Below, piece by piece: positions 1 through 9,995 of a DNA stretch of 32,000 bases. Position 1 is the stretch's first letter. Each line of letters starts with the position of its first letter. The DNA comes from Methanococcus maripaludis (GTDB lineage: Archaea; AGJL01; Methanococci; Methanococcales; Methanococcaceae), in NCBI RefSeq assembly GCF_002945325.1, contig NZ_CP026606.1, positions 420,001 through 452,000 on the forward strand, read 5' to 3'. Both the position numbers and the translations under genes were made by a program. The notes below the pieces were generated by a model that saw only the letters and a list, made by a program, of their open reading frames with translations, ran no database searches and was not told the DNA's origin.

Positions 1-249
1 CGCACCATTCATTACAGGAATTTTTTCTGCAAATTTATAAAGTTTTTCAACAGGAATTCCTTTTAATAGTTTTACCCGTCTTCTTAATGATTCTTCAAAA
101 TTTATATTGCCTTTCATTGCTTCGTTAGTTATTTTTTTAATTTCCGATTCGACACCTGCAAATTTTGCAATTTCATCAATTACCTCGCAGTCCGCAAGTG
201 TACTATCTAAATCAAATAAAATAAGTTTTTTTACTAAATTATCTGTCAT
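1..249 (-). CDS. serB: Phosphoserine phosphatase, N-terminal part, cut by window edge
   Basis: Reverse strand reads MTDNLVKKLILFDLDSTLADCEVIDEIAKFAGVESEIKKITNEAMKGNINFEESLRRRVKLLKGIP..., with the HAD DxDST motif and SerB-like N-terminus; ATG at 249. Confidence 0.88.
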   Translation of the reverse strand, partial: MTDNLVKKLILFDLDSTLADCEVIDEIAKFAGVESEIKKITNEAMKGNINFEESLRRRVKLLKGIPVEKLYKFAEKIPVMNGA

Positions 250-285
250 TATTCCACCAATCGGTAAAAAGAAAAGTAAAAATAA

Positions 286-1026
286 TTATTTTAAGCATCC
301 GATTCTTTCAGCAACGATTTTGTATTTTTCTAAAACATCGCCTAAGTCTTTTCTAAATACATCCTTATCTAACACATCTTTTGTTTCTTTGTCCCAAAGT
401 CTCATTGTATCGGGGCTTATTTCATCAGCTACAACGATTTGTCCATCCGCGGTTTTTCCAACCTCGATTTTGAAATCAACTAACATTATTCCTTTTTCAT
501 CAAAAAATCCTTTTAAAACGTCGTTTACTTTTAACGCGAGTTTTTTAATTTCAACCAATTCTTCTTCTGTTGCAAGCCCAAGTTCAATTGCAATTTCATT
601 ATTTAACATTGGGTCCCCATAGTCGTCATTTTTGTAATCGTACTGTGTAACTGCCGTTTTTAATACCTGTCCTTGTTCGAATGGGTATTTTTTGCAGAGG
701 CTTCCTGCAGCAATGTTTCTTACAATTACTTCTAAAGGAATTATTTTAACATTTTTTGCAATCATTATGTTTGGTTCGATGTATTCTATCAAATGTGTTG
801 GAACGTTATTTTTTTCAAGCACGTTGAAAAGTTCTGTTGAAATTAACGTGTTTAAATATCCTTTTCCAGATTTTACGTCGTGTTTTGCACCGTTTCCAGC
901 AGTTATATCGTCCCTAAATTCCACCAGAACTTCTTTTTCATTTTCTTCAATTTTGTAAATTGATTTTGCCTTTCCAGCATAAATTGGTTCATTTGCGAGT
1001 ATTTTTGAAATATCATATTTTGACAT
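286..1026 (-). CDS. purC: Phosphoribosylaminoimidazole-succinocarboxamide synthase
   Basis: 246 aa with SAICAR synthetase features (IYAGKAKSIYKIE, FRDDITAGNGAKHD, EVIVRNIAAGS, DEISPDTMRLWD). Confidence 0.96.
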   Translation of the reverse strand: MSKYDISKILANEPIYAGKAKSIYKIEENEKEVLVEFRDDITAGNGAKHDVKSGKGYLNTLISTELFNVLEKNNVPTHLIEYIEPNIMIAKNVKIIPLEVIVRNIAAGSLCKKYPFEQGQVLKTAVTQYDYKNDDYGDPMLNNEIAIELGLATEEELVEIKKLALKVNDVLKGFFDEKGIMLVDFKIEVGKTADGQIVVADEISPDTMRLWDKETKDVLDKDVFRKDLGDVLEKYKIVAERIGCLK

Positions 1027-1124
1027 GATTTCACCAGATCTTCAAATTATAATATAATAACAATTATTGTTATAAATTAGATAGTAAAAATAAAAAAATC
1101 GAGAAGTAATGTGTTATATTTAAG

Positions 1125-2117
1125 TTATACTCTTTTTGCAACTTCCTGACCCATTTCACTTGTTGAAAGAGTACCGCCTAAATCAGGTGTTGTTAAACCA
1201 AGGCTTAAAACTTCTTCAAGAGCTTTTTCGACTTTTTCAGCAGCTTCATTTTCTTTTAAATATCTTAACATCATTACTGCGGTTAATATTGTTGCAGTTG
1301 GATTTGCAAGTCCTTTTCCAGCGATATCTGGAGCTGAACCGTGGATTGGTTCAAAAAGACCGTATTTGTCACCAACATTTCCAGATGGTGCCATTCCAAG
1401 TCCGCCAACCATTCCAACAGCCCCGTCTGACAAAATGTCTCCAAATAAATTCGATGTAACAACTATGTCAAATGTTTCAGGTCTTGAAATTATAAACATG
1501 TTCATTGCATCGACATAAAAGTCTTCAGTTTGTATATCTTTGTAATCATTTGAAACTTCGTAGAATGTTTTCTTAAATAACCCATCAGTTATTTTTAAAA
1601 CGTTTGCTTTGTGTGCACATGTGACTTTTCCGGCAGTTCCTTGTTTTTTCCTGTCTTTTGCCATTTCAAATGCGTGTTTGAATATTCTTTCAGATGCATC
1701 TTTGGTAATAACCCTTGTTGCAACGGTAACTCCGTCTGCAATTTCAGCTTCAATGCCTTTATAGAGGCCTTCTGTGTTTTCCCTTACTATTATGTAGTCG
1801 ATACCTGTTTTTAGGCAGTTTATTCCATTGTATGATTTTACTGGCCGTATATTTGCATAAGTATCCAATATTTTTCTCAATTTTACAATAACATCAGCGG
1901 CAGTCTCTCCAGCAGCACCGAATAATATTGCATCAGCAGCTTTTGCAGCAACAATTGTTTCTTCTGGAAGTGCTACTCCTGTTTTTTCAAATACCTCGTC
2001 CCCTGCCAAGGCATGATTAAATTCAAATTCGACACCTGTAGCTTTTAAAACTTCTACGGCAGCAGGAACCACTTCTTTTCCAATCCCATCGCCTTCGATT
2101 ACGCAAATCTTATGCAT
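1125..2117 (-). CDS. leuB: 3-isopropylmalate dehydrogenase (isocitrate/isopropylmalate dehydrogenase family)
   Basis: MHKICVIEGDGIGKEVVPA..., VRENTEGLYKG, NLFGDILSDG, EPIHGSAPDIAGKG. Recalled similarity is closer to MJ0720 (LeuB) than to AksF. Start moved from 2141 to the internal MHKIC. Confidence 0.88.
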   Translation of the reverse strand: MHKICVIEGDGIGKEVVPAAVEVLKATGVEFEFNHALAGDEVFEKTGVALPEETIVAAKAADAILFGAAGETAADVIVKLRKILDTYANIRPVKSYNGINCLKTGIDYIIVRENTEGLYKGIEAEIADGVTVATRVITKDASERIFKHAFEMAKDRKKQGTAGKVTCAHKANVLKITDGLFKKTFYEVSNDYKDIQTEDFYVDAMNMFIISRPETFDIVVTSNLFGDILSDGAVGMVGGLGMAPSGNVGDKYGLFEPIHGSAPDIAGKGLANPTATILTAVMMLRYLKENEAAEKVEKALEEVLSLGLTTPDLGGTLSTSEMGQEVAKRV

Positions 2118-2297
2118 TGTAAAATCACCTTTAAGGGCCAAACCCAGTTTTTACGTTGACTTTTGGAATTATATTGATTATCGATATATTAAAATCTAAC
2201 GCCGGTACCAACTTTGGGCTTGAAAATAAAAATAATATGAATATTAAAAAATAATAAAAATAACGAATAATCAAACAAGTATTTACGAAAAATAGCA

Positions 2298-2588
2298 TTA
2301 TTTACGGTTATTTCGAATATATTCTTTTAGATCTTCTTCTGTTTTAATATTGGGCGATTTTTTGTAGTAATATATCCTAAATTTATCGATATCCCCAATT
2401 AAATCTAAATTATATTTGTTTTTCAAAGTATCAAGCATTTTAGTCGTGCATTTTTGATTTTTTAACTTAATGCTCGCATATATAAGTCCGAGAAGATTTT
2501 TGAATTCATCATCTGAACTACGGCCTGTAACTATTATATGCTTGATATTTTTCTGGATTTTTGAATATTCTTTATCAGAATACGGCAA
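2298..2588 (-). CDS. Conserved hypothetical protein, 96 aa
   Basis: Open frame with ordinary Methanococcus-like composition; no family recognised. Confidence 0.55.
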   Translation of the reverse strand: MPYSDKEYSKIQKNIKHIIVTGRSSDDEFKNLLGLIYASIKLKNQKCTTKMLDTLKNKYNLDLIGDIDKFRIYYYKKSPNIKTEEDLKEYIRNNRK

Positions 2589-2842
2589 GATATCCCATTT
2601 AAAACGGATTATGGTAAATACAAAATATAATGATATTCAAGTTTGAAATTCAATGTATATATAATAAATACAAATGAATCCGACCAAAACATAAATATTA
2701 TCAAAATAAAAAAAATCGAGTCTTATAATGAACTAAATATGCTTAAACAAGTTTATATTTGCTATTTAACTTTTTAAACCAGAATTTAACCTAAATTTAT
2801 TAAAAAATCGGAAAATAAGGGTTAATTAAATAAAAAATTAAG

Positions 2843-3454
2843 CTAATCTTTTTCTTTTACAAAAATCAGCGGAAATATAATATCGCTTGTACAACAAGGA
2901 ATCCAGACTGCAATGAACAGGAATACAAATATTTCAAAGTACATTAAAAAATTCAATCCTGTCCCAAGAGCCATTATTATGTGAAAAAGCGATGCTGCAG
3001 TACTTAAAAATACGTGTCCCGAATGAGGTATTTTTGTAAATGGTTTAAAATATGCTAAAACTATTCCAAAGATCGCTAACAAATTTACAAGCCAAAATTC
3101 TTCAATAAATCCAATATGGGCTCCACGATTTGGCAAATCTAAAATAATTTCCCCGATATATGGGATCAAAGAGTCACTAATCGTTGCAATAAATAAAGAG
3201 CCAACATATCCTATTAAAAATAATGTAAGAAAACCTTTGTAACCATTGATACTGCTTTTCTTGTGCAAAAGATACATCGAAGTTGTAGTAAATGCACTTA
3301 AAAATACATGTATAGGGTGAAGTGTATAAAATATAGAATAAGATTCACTAAACGAAATTCCATTAAAAATAATCAATAATACCATACCAAAAATGGCCCC
3401 GAGTGCCGTAAATGGCATATGTTCCCCAAGTTCTTTAATAATAAGATTAAACAT
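2843..3454 (-). CDS. Hypothetical multi-pass membrane protein, 203 aa
   Basis: Several hydrophobic segments (FGMVLLIIFNGISF, GYKGFLTLFLIGYVGSLFIAT, FWLVNLLAIFGIVLAYF). Confidence 0.75.
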   Translation of the reverse strand: MFNLIIKELGEHMPFTALGAIFGMVLLIIFNGISFSESYSIFYTLHPIHVFLSAFTTTSMYLLHKKSSINGYKGFLTLFLIGYVGSLFIATISDSLIPYIGEIILDLPNRGAHIGFIEEFWLVNLLAIFGIVLAYFKPFTKIPHSGHVFLSTAASLFHIIMALGTGLNFLMYFEIFVFLFIAVWIPCCTSDIIFPLIFVKEKD

Positions 3455-3541
3455 GAAAAAACCCCATTTTCAGTAAATTTGCTAATTTAAAGTTTCTGAA
3501 ATAATAGTATTATAAAAATAATATATAAAACAACTGACAGG

Positions 3542-4618
3542 ATGATTATGAACGATTTTGACAACAACTTTATTAAATTTTTAGATATCCTGGACGAAAA
3601 ATTAAAAAAAGATGCCGTAGTTGACAAAATATCTAAAAATTCAAATGAAAATGAGCGGGCATTTAAAATACTGATTTCTACAGTGATAAGCGCGCGCACA
3701 AAAGACGAAACTACCGCAAAAGTCTCAAAAGAATTGTTTAAAAAAGTAAAAAACCCAAAAGACCTTGTTAAAATCTCTATTGACGAACTTGAGACGTTAG
3801 TGCACCCTGCAGGATTTTACAAAACAAAGGCTAAAAATCTGAAAAAATTAGGAGAAATTTTAATTGAAAAATATAATTCAAATGTTCCAAATTCGATTGA
3901 AGAGCTGGTAACACTTCCGGGAGTCGGTAGAAAAACTGCAAATCTAGTAATGACTCTTGCATTTGACGATTATGCAATCTGTGTTGACACTCACGTTCAT
4001 AGGATTACAAATCGATGGAATTATGTAGATACTGAGTCCCCAGAAAACACAGAAATGGAACTTAGAAAAAAACTTCCTAAAAACTACTGGAAAAAAATAA
4101 ACAATTTACTCGTAGTATTTGGGCAGGAAACATGCAGTCCGATTCCAAAATGCGACAAATGCTTTTCTGAAATTAGAAAAATCTGCCCCCATTACAATTC
4201 ATTAAATGAAATCGAAAAAATTTACGCGGATTTTAAATTTAAAAAGACCCCGAAAACTAAAATCCCGAAGGATAAAGGTACTTATGTCTTGAGAATAAAA
4301 ATGAACTCTCCAAAAACCATTCTCGTTGGAAAAAGGGAAATTAAATTTAAAAAAGGAGATTATTTCTACATCGGTTCTGCAATGGGGAATAGTATGAACC
4401 TTTATAATAGAATAAGCCGGCATTTATCGGACAACAAGAAAAAAAGATGGCATATTGATTATTTACTTGAATTTTCAAATGTAAAAGAAGTAAACGTAAC
4501 ACTTGGACGTTTTGAATGCGATGTTTCACAGCGGTTTAATTTAGTTTTAGATTCGATAGAGTCTTTCGGATGTTCGGATTGCAAGTGTAAAAGTCATTTA
4601 TACTACATTAAACCCTGA
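3542..4618 (+). CDS. nth: Endonuclease III fused to a C-terminal DUF123 (GIY-YIG-like) domain
   Basis: HhH-GPD hallmark [20 protein letters not shown]...[13 protein letters not shown], Cys-rich FeS region, then [37 protein letters not shown]...HRSH-type DUF123 region. Start may be 3548. Confidence 0.93.
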   Translation: MIMNDFDNNFIKFLDILDEKLKKDAVVDKISKNSNENERAFKILISTVISARTKDETTAKVSKELFKKVKNPKDLVKISIDELETLVHPAGFYKTKAKNLKKLGEILIEKYNSNVPNSIEELVTLPGVGRKTANLVMTLAFDDYAICVDTHVHRITNRWNYVDTESPENTEMELRKKLPKNYWKKINNLLVVFGQETCSPIPKCDKCFSEIRKICPHYNSLNEIEKIYADFKFKKTPKTKIPKDKGTYVLRIKMNSPKTILVGKREIKFKKGDYFYIGSAMGNSMNLYNRISRHLSDNKKKRWHIDYLLEFSNVKEVNVTLGRFECDVSQRFNLVLDSIESFGCSDCKCKSHLYYIKP

Positions 4619-4642
4619 TTAAAGGTAAATAGAGGAAAAAAC

Positions 4643-5056
4643 ATGAAAACAAAATATGTAGTTATAATCCAGTGCGATATGGCTAAAAACCGGTGCAGTG
4701 GAATGAGATGCACGAATGCTTTTTATGAAAAAACTGATGCATTTAAAAATTACGATAATGATACGAAATATATTTCGTTTACCTGTGGTGGCTGTTCTGG
4801 TAAATTGGTAAGTTCTAAACTTGCAAATTTTTCAAATTGGCTTAAAAAATATGAGGATATTGAAAAAGATGAAGTTAAAATACATCTTTCATCCTGTATG
4901 TCCACAGATAACTCCCATTACGACAGGTGCCCGAATATTGACTATATAAAACAGATAATAAACAAAAAGGGGTACAAAAATATACTGGAAGGCAGTATTT
5001 TTAGTAAAAAATCTGAAAAACTGCGAGAAGAAGGAATTTATAAAAAATACCAATAA
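4643..5056 (+). CDS. CGGC domain-containing protein
   Basis: 137 aa with conserved Cys (IIQCDMAKNRCSGMRC, FTCGGCSGKL, HLSSCM). Confidence 0.8.
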   Translation: MKTKYVVIIQCDMAKNRCSGMRCTNAFYEKTDAFKNYDNDTKYISFTCGGCSGKLVSSKLANFSNWLKKYEDIEKDEVKIHLSSCMSTDNSHYDRCPNIDYIKQIINKKGYKNILEGSIFSKKSEKLREEGIYKKYQ

Positions 5057-5206
5057 TTAAATTTTTTTATTCCGCGAAATTTTAGATTAACGAGACATAC
5101 TTGGGTTAAATAATAAAATTCAACCTTTTTTAAAAAAATCTATCAAATAGGGCCTATTTTTTTAAAAAGATAAAAATATAAATCTTTTGAAAACATATAT
5201 AATATT

Positions 5207-5845
5207 ATGTTTGGATATCGGCCATTAATCCCGGAAAAATTTCAAATTGAAAATCAGGAAATTGAAATTGAAGAAAAAGATGGATTATTAAAATACACTA
5301 GAGGAAACACCTCAAAACTAATAAAAAAATCGTCTTATTCTTTAAAAATTGTCCCACGTCCTGCATTTGGTTATGGGGTCCATTATTTAACAATTAATTT
5401 TAAAGAACCAGTTATAGTCCCCCCAAAAGACACATTTAGGGGGTACGTGGAATCCCCTTGTGATATCGAACTAAAATTAGGAGATATGGAGTTAGATGTA
5501 ATCAAACTTGGAAAAGAGAAATATACAATTTATGGAACTGTCGATATAGGCGATATTTCAAGATACCATTTAAGCGAAGTATATACTAAAGAACCTGATT
5601 CACCTTGTGTTACCAAATTCATTCTTAGCAATGGTTCAAATTACTGGAAAACATTTGAAAAATTGGTTTTTCCAATCTGGGAAACCATAATGTACTATTC
5701 AGAAGATAAAGCATATTACCCGACAATTATTAATATTACAAAAAACGGAACCGTAGAATTATTAAATACTGCAAAAACGCCTAAAAATGGGCTAATCGGA
5801 ACTAAAAATGTAACCCCTGTATCAAATTTCCTGAGGAGAATATAA
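5207..5845 (+). CDS. DUF432 domain-containing protein
   Basis: 212 aa; start MFGYRPLIPEKFQIENQ and position immediately upstream of MscS fit archaeal DUF432. Confidence 0.75.
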   Translation: MFGYRPLIPEKFQIENQEIEIEEKDGLLKYTRGNTSKLIKKSSYSLKIVPRPAFGYGVHYLTINFKEPVIVPPKDTFRGYVESPCDIELKLGDMELDVIKLGKEKYTIYGTVDIGDISRYHLSEVYTKEPDSPCVTKFILSNGSNYWKTFEKLVFPIWETIMYYSEDKAYYPTIINITKNGTVELLNTAKTPKNGLIGTKNVTPVSNFLRRI

Positions 5846-6928
5846 ATGATACCAGAACTGCTCGAATATTTACAGAACAGCTTTTTTTATGGTTTATCTT
5901 ATTATTCAGGATTAAAATTAATTTTAGTAGTAGTTATCGGATTATTCGTTTCATATTTTATTGAAAAACGGGTTAAAAAAATATCTGAAACTACAAAACA
6001 GACGTGGATATTAAACGAGGAAACTGCAGGGTTAATTTCAACATTTGTACTTGCAATATTTGTAGTTCTTGCATTAAATGTTATAGAAAGTTTTGTAACA
6101 TACCAACTATTTGGTTTTGACTTAAAAATTTTGACTTATTCACTGCTGATCATTTATTTCACATATCGAATTTCTAACCGTTCTAAGAGGTACCTGTTAT
6201 TAAAAGGATCACAGGAAGGGAAATTTGCAGAATATAGGTTAAAAGCAACCGTATTTCATTATTCAGCGATGATTATCGCGTTTGGAATAGTTTTTCAGAT
6301 GCTTGGACTTACTAGCAAGCTTGGAACGCTTCTTGTTGCAGGAGGAATTACGGGTATAATCTTAGGTTTTGCATCCCAAACCGTTGTTGCAAACTTTATA
6401 TCAGGAATATTCCTTTATTTTGATAAACCGCTAAAAATTGGAGATTCCGTACAAATTGGAACGAATTCGGGAATTGTAAATGATATTAAAATGATGTCAA
6501 CAAGGATTAGAACATGGGATGGAGTATTGGTCAGAATACCTAATGAAAAAGTCTTTAATTCCGAGATTGTGAACAACAAAAAATATCCTGCAAGACGTGT
6601 TGATATTGTAGTTGGAATTGCCTATAAAGAGGATGCACAGCGCGCAATGGACATTATATCAAAGATACTTGAAAATATGACTTATGTATTGGTTGAACCG
6701 GAGTTTCAGATTTTTGTAAATGATCTTGGAAACAGCAGTGTCGATATATCAGTAAAAGCTTGGACTCCGAGCGAAAAATGGTACGAAGTAAAAATGGAAC
6801 TTGTAAAAAACATTAAAAAAGAATTCGATAAGGAAAAAGTAGAAATTCCATTCCCTCAAAGGACAGTCTGGTTCCCCCAGGATCTTAAAATTAAAATTGA
6901 AAAAGAAACCGGGGAAAAAAGTGAATAA
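5846..6928 (+). CDS. MscS-family small-conductance mechanosensitive channel
   Basis: 360 aa; LLVAGGITGIILGFASQTVVANFISGIFLYFDKPLKIGDSVQIG pore/beta-domain signature. Confidence 0.94.
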   Translation: MIPELLEYLQNSFFYGLSYYSGLKLILVVVIGLFVSYFIEKRVKKISETTKQTWILNEETAGLISTFVLAIFVVLALNVIESFVTYQLFGFDLKILTYSLLIIYFTYRISNRSKRYLLLKGSQEGKFAEYRLKATVFHYSAMIIAFGIVFQMLGLTSKLGTLLVAGGITGIILGFASQTVVANFISGIFLYFDKPLKIGDSVQIGTNSGIVNDIKMMSTRIRTWDGVLVRIPNEKVFNSEIVNNKKYPARRVDIVVGIAYKEDAQRAMDIISKILENMTYVLVEPEFQIFVNDLGNSSVDISVKAWTPSEKWYEVKMELVKNIKKEFDKEKVEIPFPQRTVWFPQDLKIKIEKETGEKSE

Positions 6929-6932
6929 ATTA

Positions 6933-7163
6933 TTAAAAATCTTTTGAATATTCTTTTAATGACTTATTTATTGACCAAATTAATCCCCATGCAGTAATTA
7001 TTGATAGAATTACCATCAATATTACAAAAATGGCTGCAATATCATTAATCCCGTAAGAAATGTAGTTAGTCAGAAATGAAAGTAGTTCTGGATTTAAACC
7101 GACAGAGTAAGCGAGTACTATCCAAAGAATTAGTAAAAGAATGATATTTATTTCTTTTTTCAT
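6933..7163 (-). CDS. Small membrane protein, 76 aa, two predicted TM segments
   Basis: Hydrophobic segments IILLLILWIVLAYSVG and DIAAIFVILMVILSIITAWGLIW. Confidence 0.7.
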   Translation of the reverse strand: MKKEINIILLLILWIVLAYSVGLNPELLSFLTNYISYGINDIAAIFVILMVILSIITAWGLIWSINKSLKEYSKDF

Positions 7164-7168
7164 AGTTC

Positions 7169-7747
7169 CTACTCTTCTTCAGATTCTTTATTTTCCGTTT
7201 TTTCAAACTTTTTTGTAATTTCTGCGGCTTTTCTTTCAATATCTTCTGAAAAAATATTTCCTACACGAATTACTACAAATATTGCCCAGATTATAAGTAG
7301 TACTAAAACGATTCCTGCAAGTGCTGCAAATATCCCTGCAAGAAGCGGCAGGAAAAACATGTATGCAATTATTGCAAGTAATACGTATCCTAATCCCCTG
7401 AATCCAGATCGGTAGTGCTGCAATTTTTCTTCATTTAAGTCGTCTTTCATGAATTTAACCGCAACCATATCCGAAATGCCGTCTGTTAGCATCAATATGT
7501 TTTTAAGAATCTTTAAAAGAATTATTACAAGTGCAATTATAACTACTCCAGAAATTATGGCTTTCATCCCAATTAAACCGAATATAAACGGATTTCCTAA
7601 GAAATCACCAAGTGGTTGGAATACTAAAATTGCAAGGAGCCATATTACAAAAGCAACTGCCAAGTTTACAATTATTTTTGGAAAACTTTCATGAATTTTT
7701 CTTTGAGAATCTGCATAGATTCTATCTTTCTCCCACATACTTTTCAC
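7169..7747 (-). CDS. Membrane protein, 192 aa
   Basis: Four or more hydrophobic segments; 5 nt from the downstream small membrane ORF, so likely an operon. Confidence 0.78.
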   Translation of the reverse strand: MKSMWEKDRIYADSQRKIHESFPKIIVNLAVAFVIWLLAILVFQPLGDFLGNPFIFGLIGMKAIISGVVIIALVIILLKILKNILMLTDGISDMVAVKFMKDDLNEEKLQHYRSGFRGLGYVLLAIIAYMFFLPLLAGIFAALAGIVLVLLIIWAIFVVIRVGNIFSEDIERKAAEITKKFEKTENKESEEE

Positions 7748-7858
7748 CCCATTTATAAATTATATCATAATGGGTATAAAAAAGTAAATTTAGCTAAATC
7801 ATCGTGATTTAAAGGAAAAAAGAGAATTTTTTGAAGATTAACTTAAAAATAACTCAAA

Positions 7859-9328
7859 TTAACCCCATATTGCAATTTTTACCAGGACTATAAATGCTGC
7901 AAGAAGATCTAATACCAAAAGTGCCCCAAAAAGTATTAATCCAATTTTTAATGGTTTTTCAAGACCTGAAAAACTATCAATAAGTCCTCGAATGGGCTCA
8001 ATTGTAGTTTTTACTTCTGAAATTGTTAATTTCGTTTCATCAAGCGTGTCATTTAGTGAATCGAGAAGTTTATCTATTCTGGGCTGTTCTTCTTCTTTTA
8101 CGCCTTTTAATATTTCATAAACTTCATCCAGAGTTTTTGGAATTACTCCGGGTTCATTTTCTGTTTTTATATTATTTAATTCAACAATTCTATCCAACCT
8201 ATACATTTCTCGCTCAAAATAATCTTTTTGTGATTTTAAGAGATTTTTGGCTCTTTGAATTGTTTCTTCTTTTGATCTTGTGCAAGATTTTACCCTTGAA
8301 ACGTCTGAATTTGTTTTAAATGAGTTTGAATCAATTGAAAATTTCTTTCCAAGATTTACAACGTTTTCGTAAGTTGAAGCTGAAATAACTTTTGGAACAT
8401 TTTGTGTTGCCACATTAGTTTTTGAAGTCTTTTGAACGTTAATATTTTCTAATAGCTCAGTTTTTTCAATAGCTTTTTCATTTAAGTTGATTGAATCTTC
8501 TTTTTGAACATCTGTTTTTAAAATTACATCAGGCGGATTTACAACCTCAATGTCTATTTCAAAGTTTGGTTTTAACCGTTCCTCAAATTTTTGAATCTGT
8601 AATTCTTTTTTTCCAAAACGTTCTGAAAAGTATTCTTTATCACTTTTTAGCTTTTCTATTTTGTAATTATACCAGGGAAGTTTTAACTTAAGTTCTTCTT
8701 CTTTTTTATTTACTACAAACAATTTTTTTACTTCTTCAAGTAATTCTTCAGTTTTTAAAAGATTTTCGTCAACAGAATCCATTATATTTTCGATTTTGGG
8801 CTGTTCTAATGTGTTAAATCGTTCTATGCTTTCATTTATGTTGTATATACTTTCAGAAATAATTCCTGGTTCAGTATATAATATTTCATAAATTTCTTTT
8901 TTCAGCCGATATCTTCGCAATACAAGATCCATTATTTCATGAATTCGGTCAAAATTAAAGAAATCAGAAAAATTAGAACCAAAATTGTAGTCTGAAGAAT
9001 CAACGCCTAAATTTTGCATTTTTTCTTCTATTTCTGAAAGTTCTGCCTGAAGTTCTTCGAGCCGTTCTTTTTCTTCATCCCATAAATCGTCAGTTTCTCT
9101 TGGAATCAGTCTTTTTATTACAATTAACTTTTCTGTTTCGTGAAGCAGTGATTCTAACTGTTCACCAACTTCCTGAACAGTAATCCCGATTGATGCAAGT
9201 GCTATTGCAGCTTCTGCAGCGGCTTCCTCCGCAGTACTTGCCGCATTCCCAATCTTTTTACCAAGGCCATATAATCCAACGGTTGCAATATTTAATGACG
9301 TATCCTTTATTTTACTCCATAACCCCAT
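7859..9328 (-). CDS. Coiled-coil protein with glycine/alanine-rich N-terminus and C-terminal TM segment
   Basis: 489 aa; long Glu/Lys-rich heptad-like regions and terminal LIGLILFGALLVLDLLAAFIVLVKIAIW. Confidence 0.8.
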   Translation of the reverse strand: MGLWSKIKDTSLNIATVGLYGLGKKIGNAASTAEEAAAEAAIALASIGITVQEVGEQLESLLHETEKLIVIKRLIPRETDDLWDEEKERLEELQAELSEIEEKMQNLGVDSSDYNFGSNFSDFFNFDRIHEIMDLVLRRYRLKKEIYEILYTEPGIISESIYNINESIERFNTLEQPKIENIMDSVDENLLKTEELLEEVKKLFVVNKKEEELKLKLPWYNYKIEKLKSDKEYFSERFGKKELQIQKFEERLKPNFEIDIEVVNPPDVILKTDVQKEDSINLNEKAIEKTELLENINVQKTSKTNVATQNVPKVISASTYENVVNLGKKFSIDSNSFKTNSDVSRVKSCTRSKEETIQRAKNLLKSQKDYFEREMYRLDRIVELNNIKTENEPGVIPKTLDEVYEILKGVKEEEQPRIDKLLDSLNDTLDETKLTISEVKTTIEPIRGLIDSFSGLEKPLKIGLILFGALLVLDLLAAFIVLVKIAIWG

Positions 9329-9485
9329 TTAAACCACCAAAACAGATTAAATCAAATATAACATTAAATGTCTAAAATAATTAATTGGTATATAAACAAC
9401 AAATATATTTATAAAAAAGAATATAAAAAGTTATACTGATTTAAAAAACGATAGAATATTAAAATTTGAAAAATTAATGATTAAA

Positions 9486-9995
9486 TTAGTCTTCAATAAT
9501 GTCTTCAACTTTATTTACAAAATCAATTGATTTTTTCTGAAGTTCTAAAACTTTTGACTCATTAAACATCGCATCAGTCGAATAACTCGCTTTTTGACGT
9601 TCTGATTTTAAATCTGTGTAAAATGTTGCATCTTTTTTAGTTATTGCAAGGTCATCGATCAACTGCAGTTCTTCATCTCTGAATTCGTTTGTATAATTTT
9701 TTATCAGAAAAATCATTGTGGCATTGTGACTTCTTGAAATAAAACCTTTTTTAGCGACAAGTGCCAGTGCTGCATGGTAAACTGCATAATAAAGCCCAAC
9801 AATACTCCAATCCTGAAAATTGCCACTTTTAATATTTTGATTTACAAATGCAAGATTATGTTTTGCTTTATCAAGATGTGCGTACACTAAAGACTTTGCA
9901 TGGCGTTCTTTTTCGAGATTTTTCTTGTAGGTGTGAAAATCATAAGCACCTTCAAGTTTTTCCTTATTTTTAAAATATTCTTCAACGTTTAACAT
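9486..9995 (-). CDS. HEPN domain protein (partner of the adjacent MNT)
   Basis: 169 aa helical protein with KHNLAFV...GLYYAVYHAALALVAKKGFISRSHNATM; 14-nt overlap with the upstream nucleotidyltransferase. Confidence 0.82.
   Translation of the reverse strand: MLNVEEYFKNKEKLEGAYDFHTYKKNLEKERHAKSLVYAHLDKAKHNLAFVNQNIKSGNFQDWSIVGLYYAVYHAALALVAKKGFISRSHNATMIFLIKNYTNEFRDEELQLIDDLAITKKDATFYTDLKSERQKASYSTDAMFNESKVLELQKKSIDFVNKVEDIIED

Noticed and set aside
1136-1459. Plus-strand ORFs opposite leuB and similar antisense ORFs (107-622, 692-958, 1611-1814, 3487-3699)
   Set aside because: They lie on the opposite strand of, or overlap, well-supported conserved genes and have no recognisable protein features.
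7449-8691. Antisense ORFs at 7449-7694, 8023-8319 and 8491-8691
   Set aside because: Overlap the membrane and coiled-coil genes; compositional artefacts of Lys/Glu-rich coding sequence.
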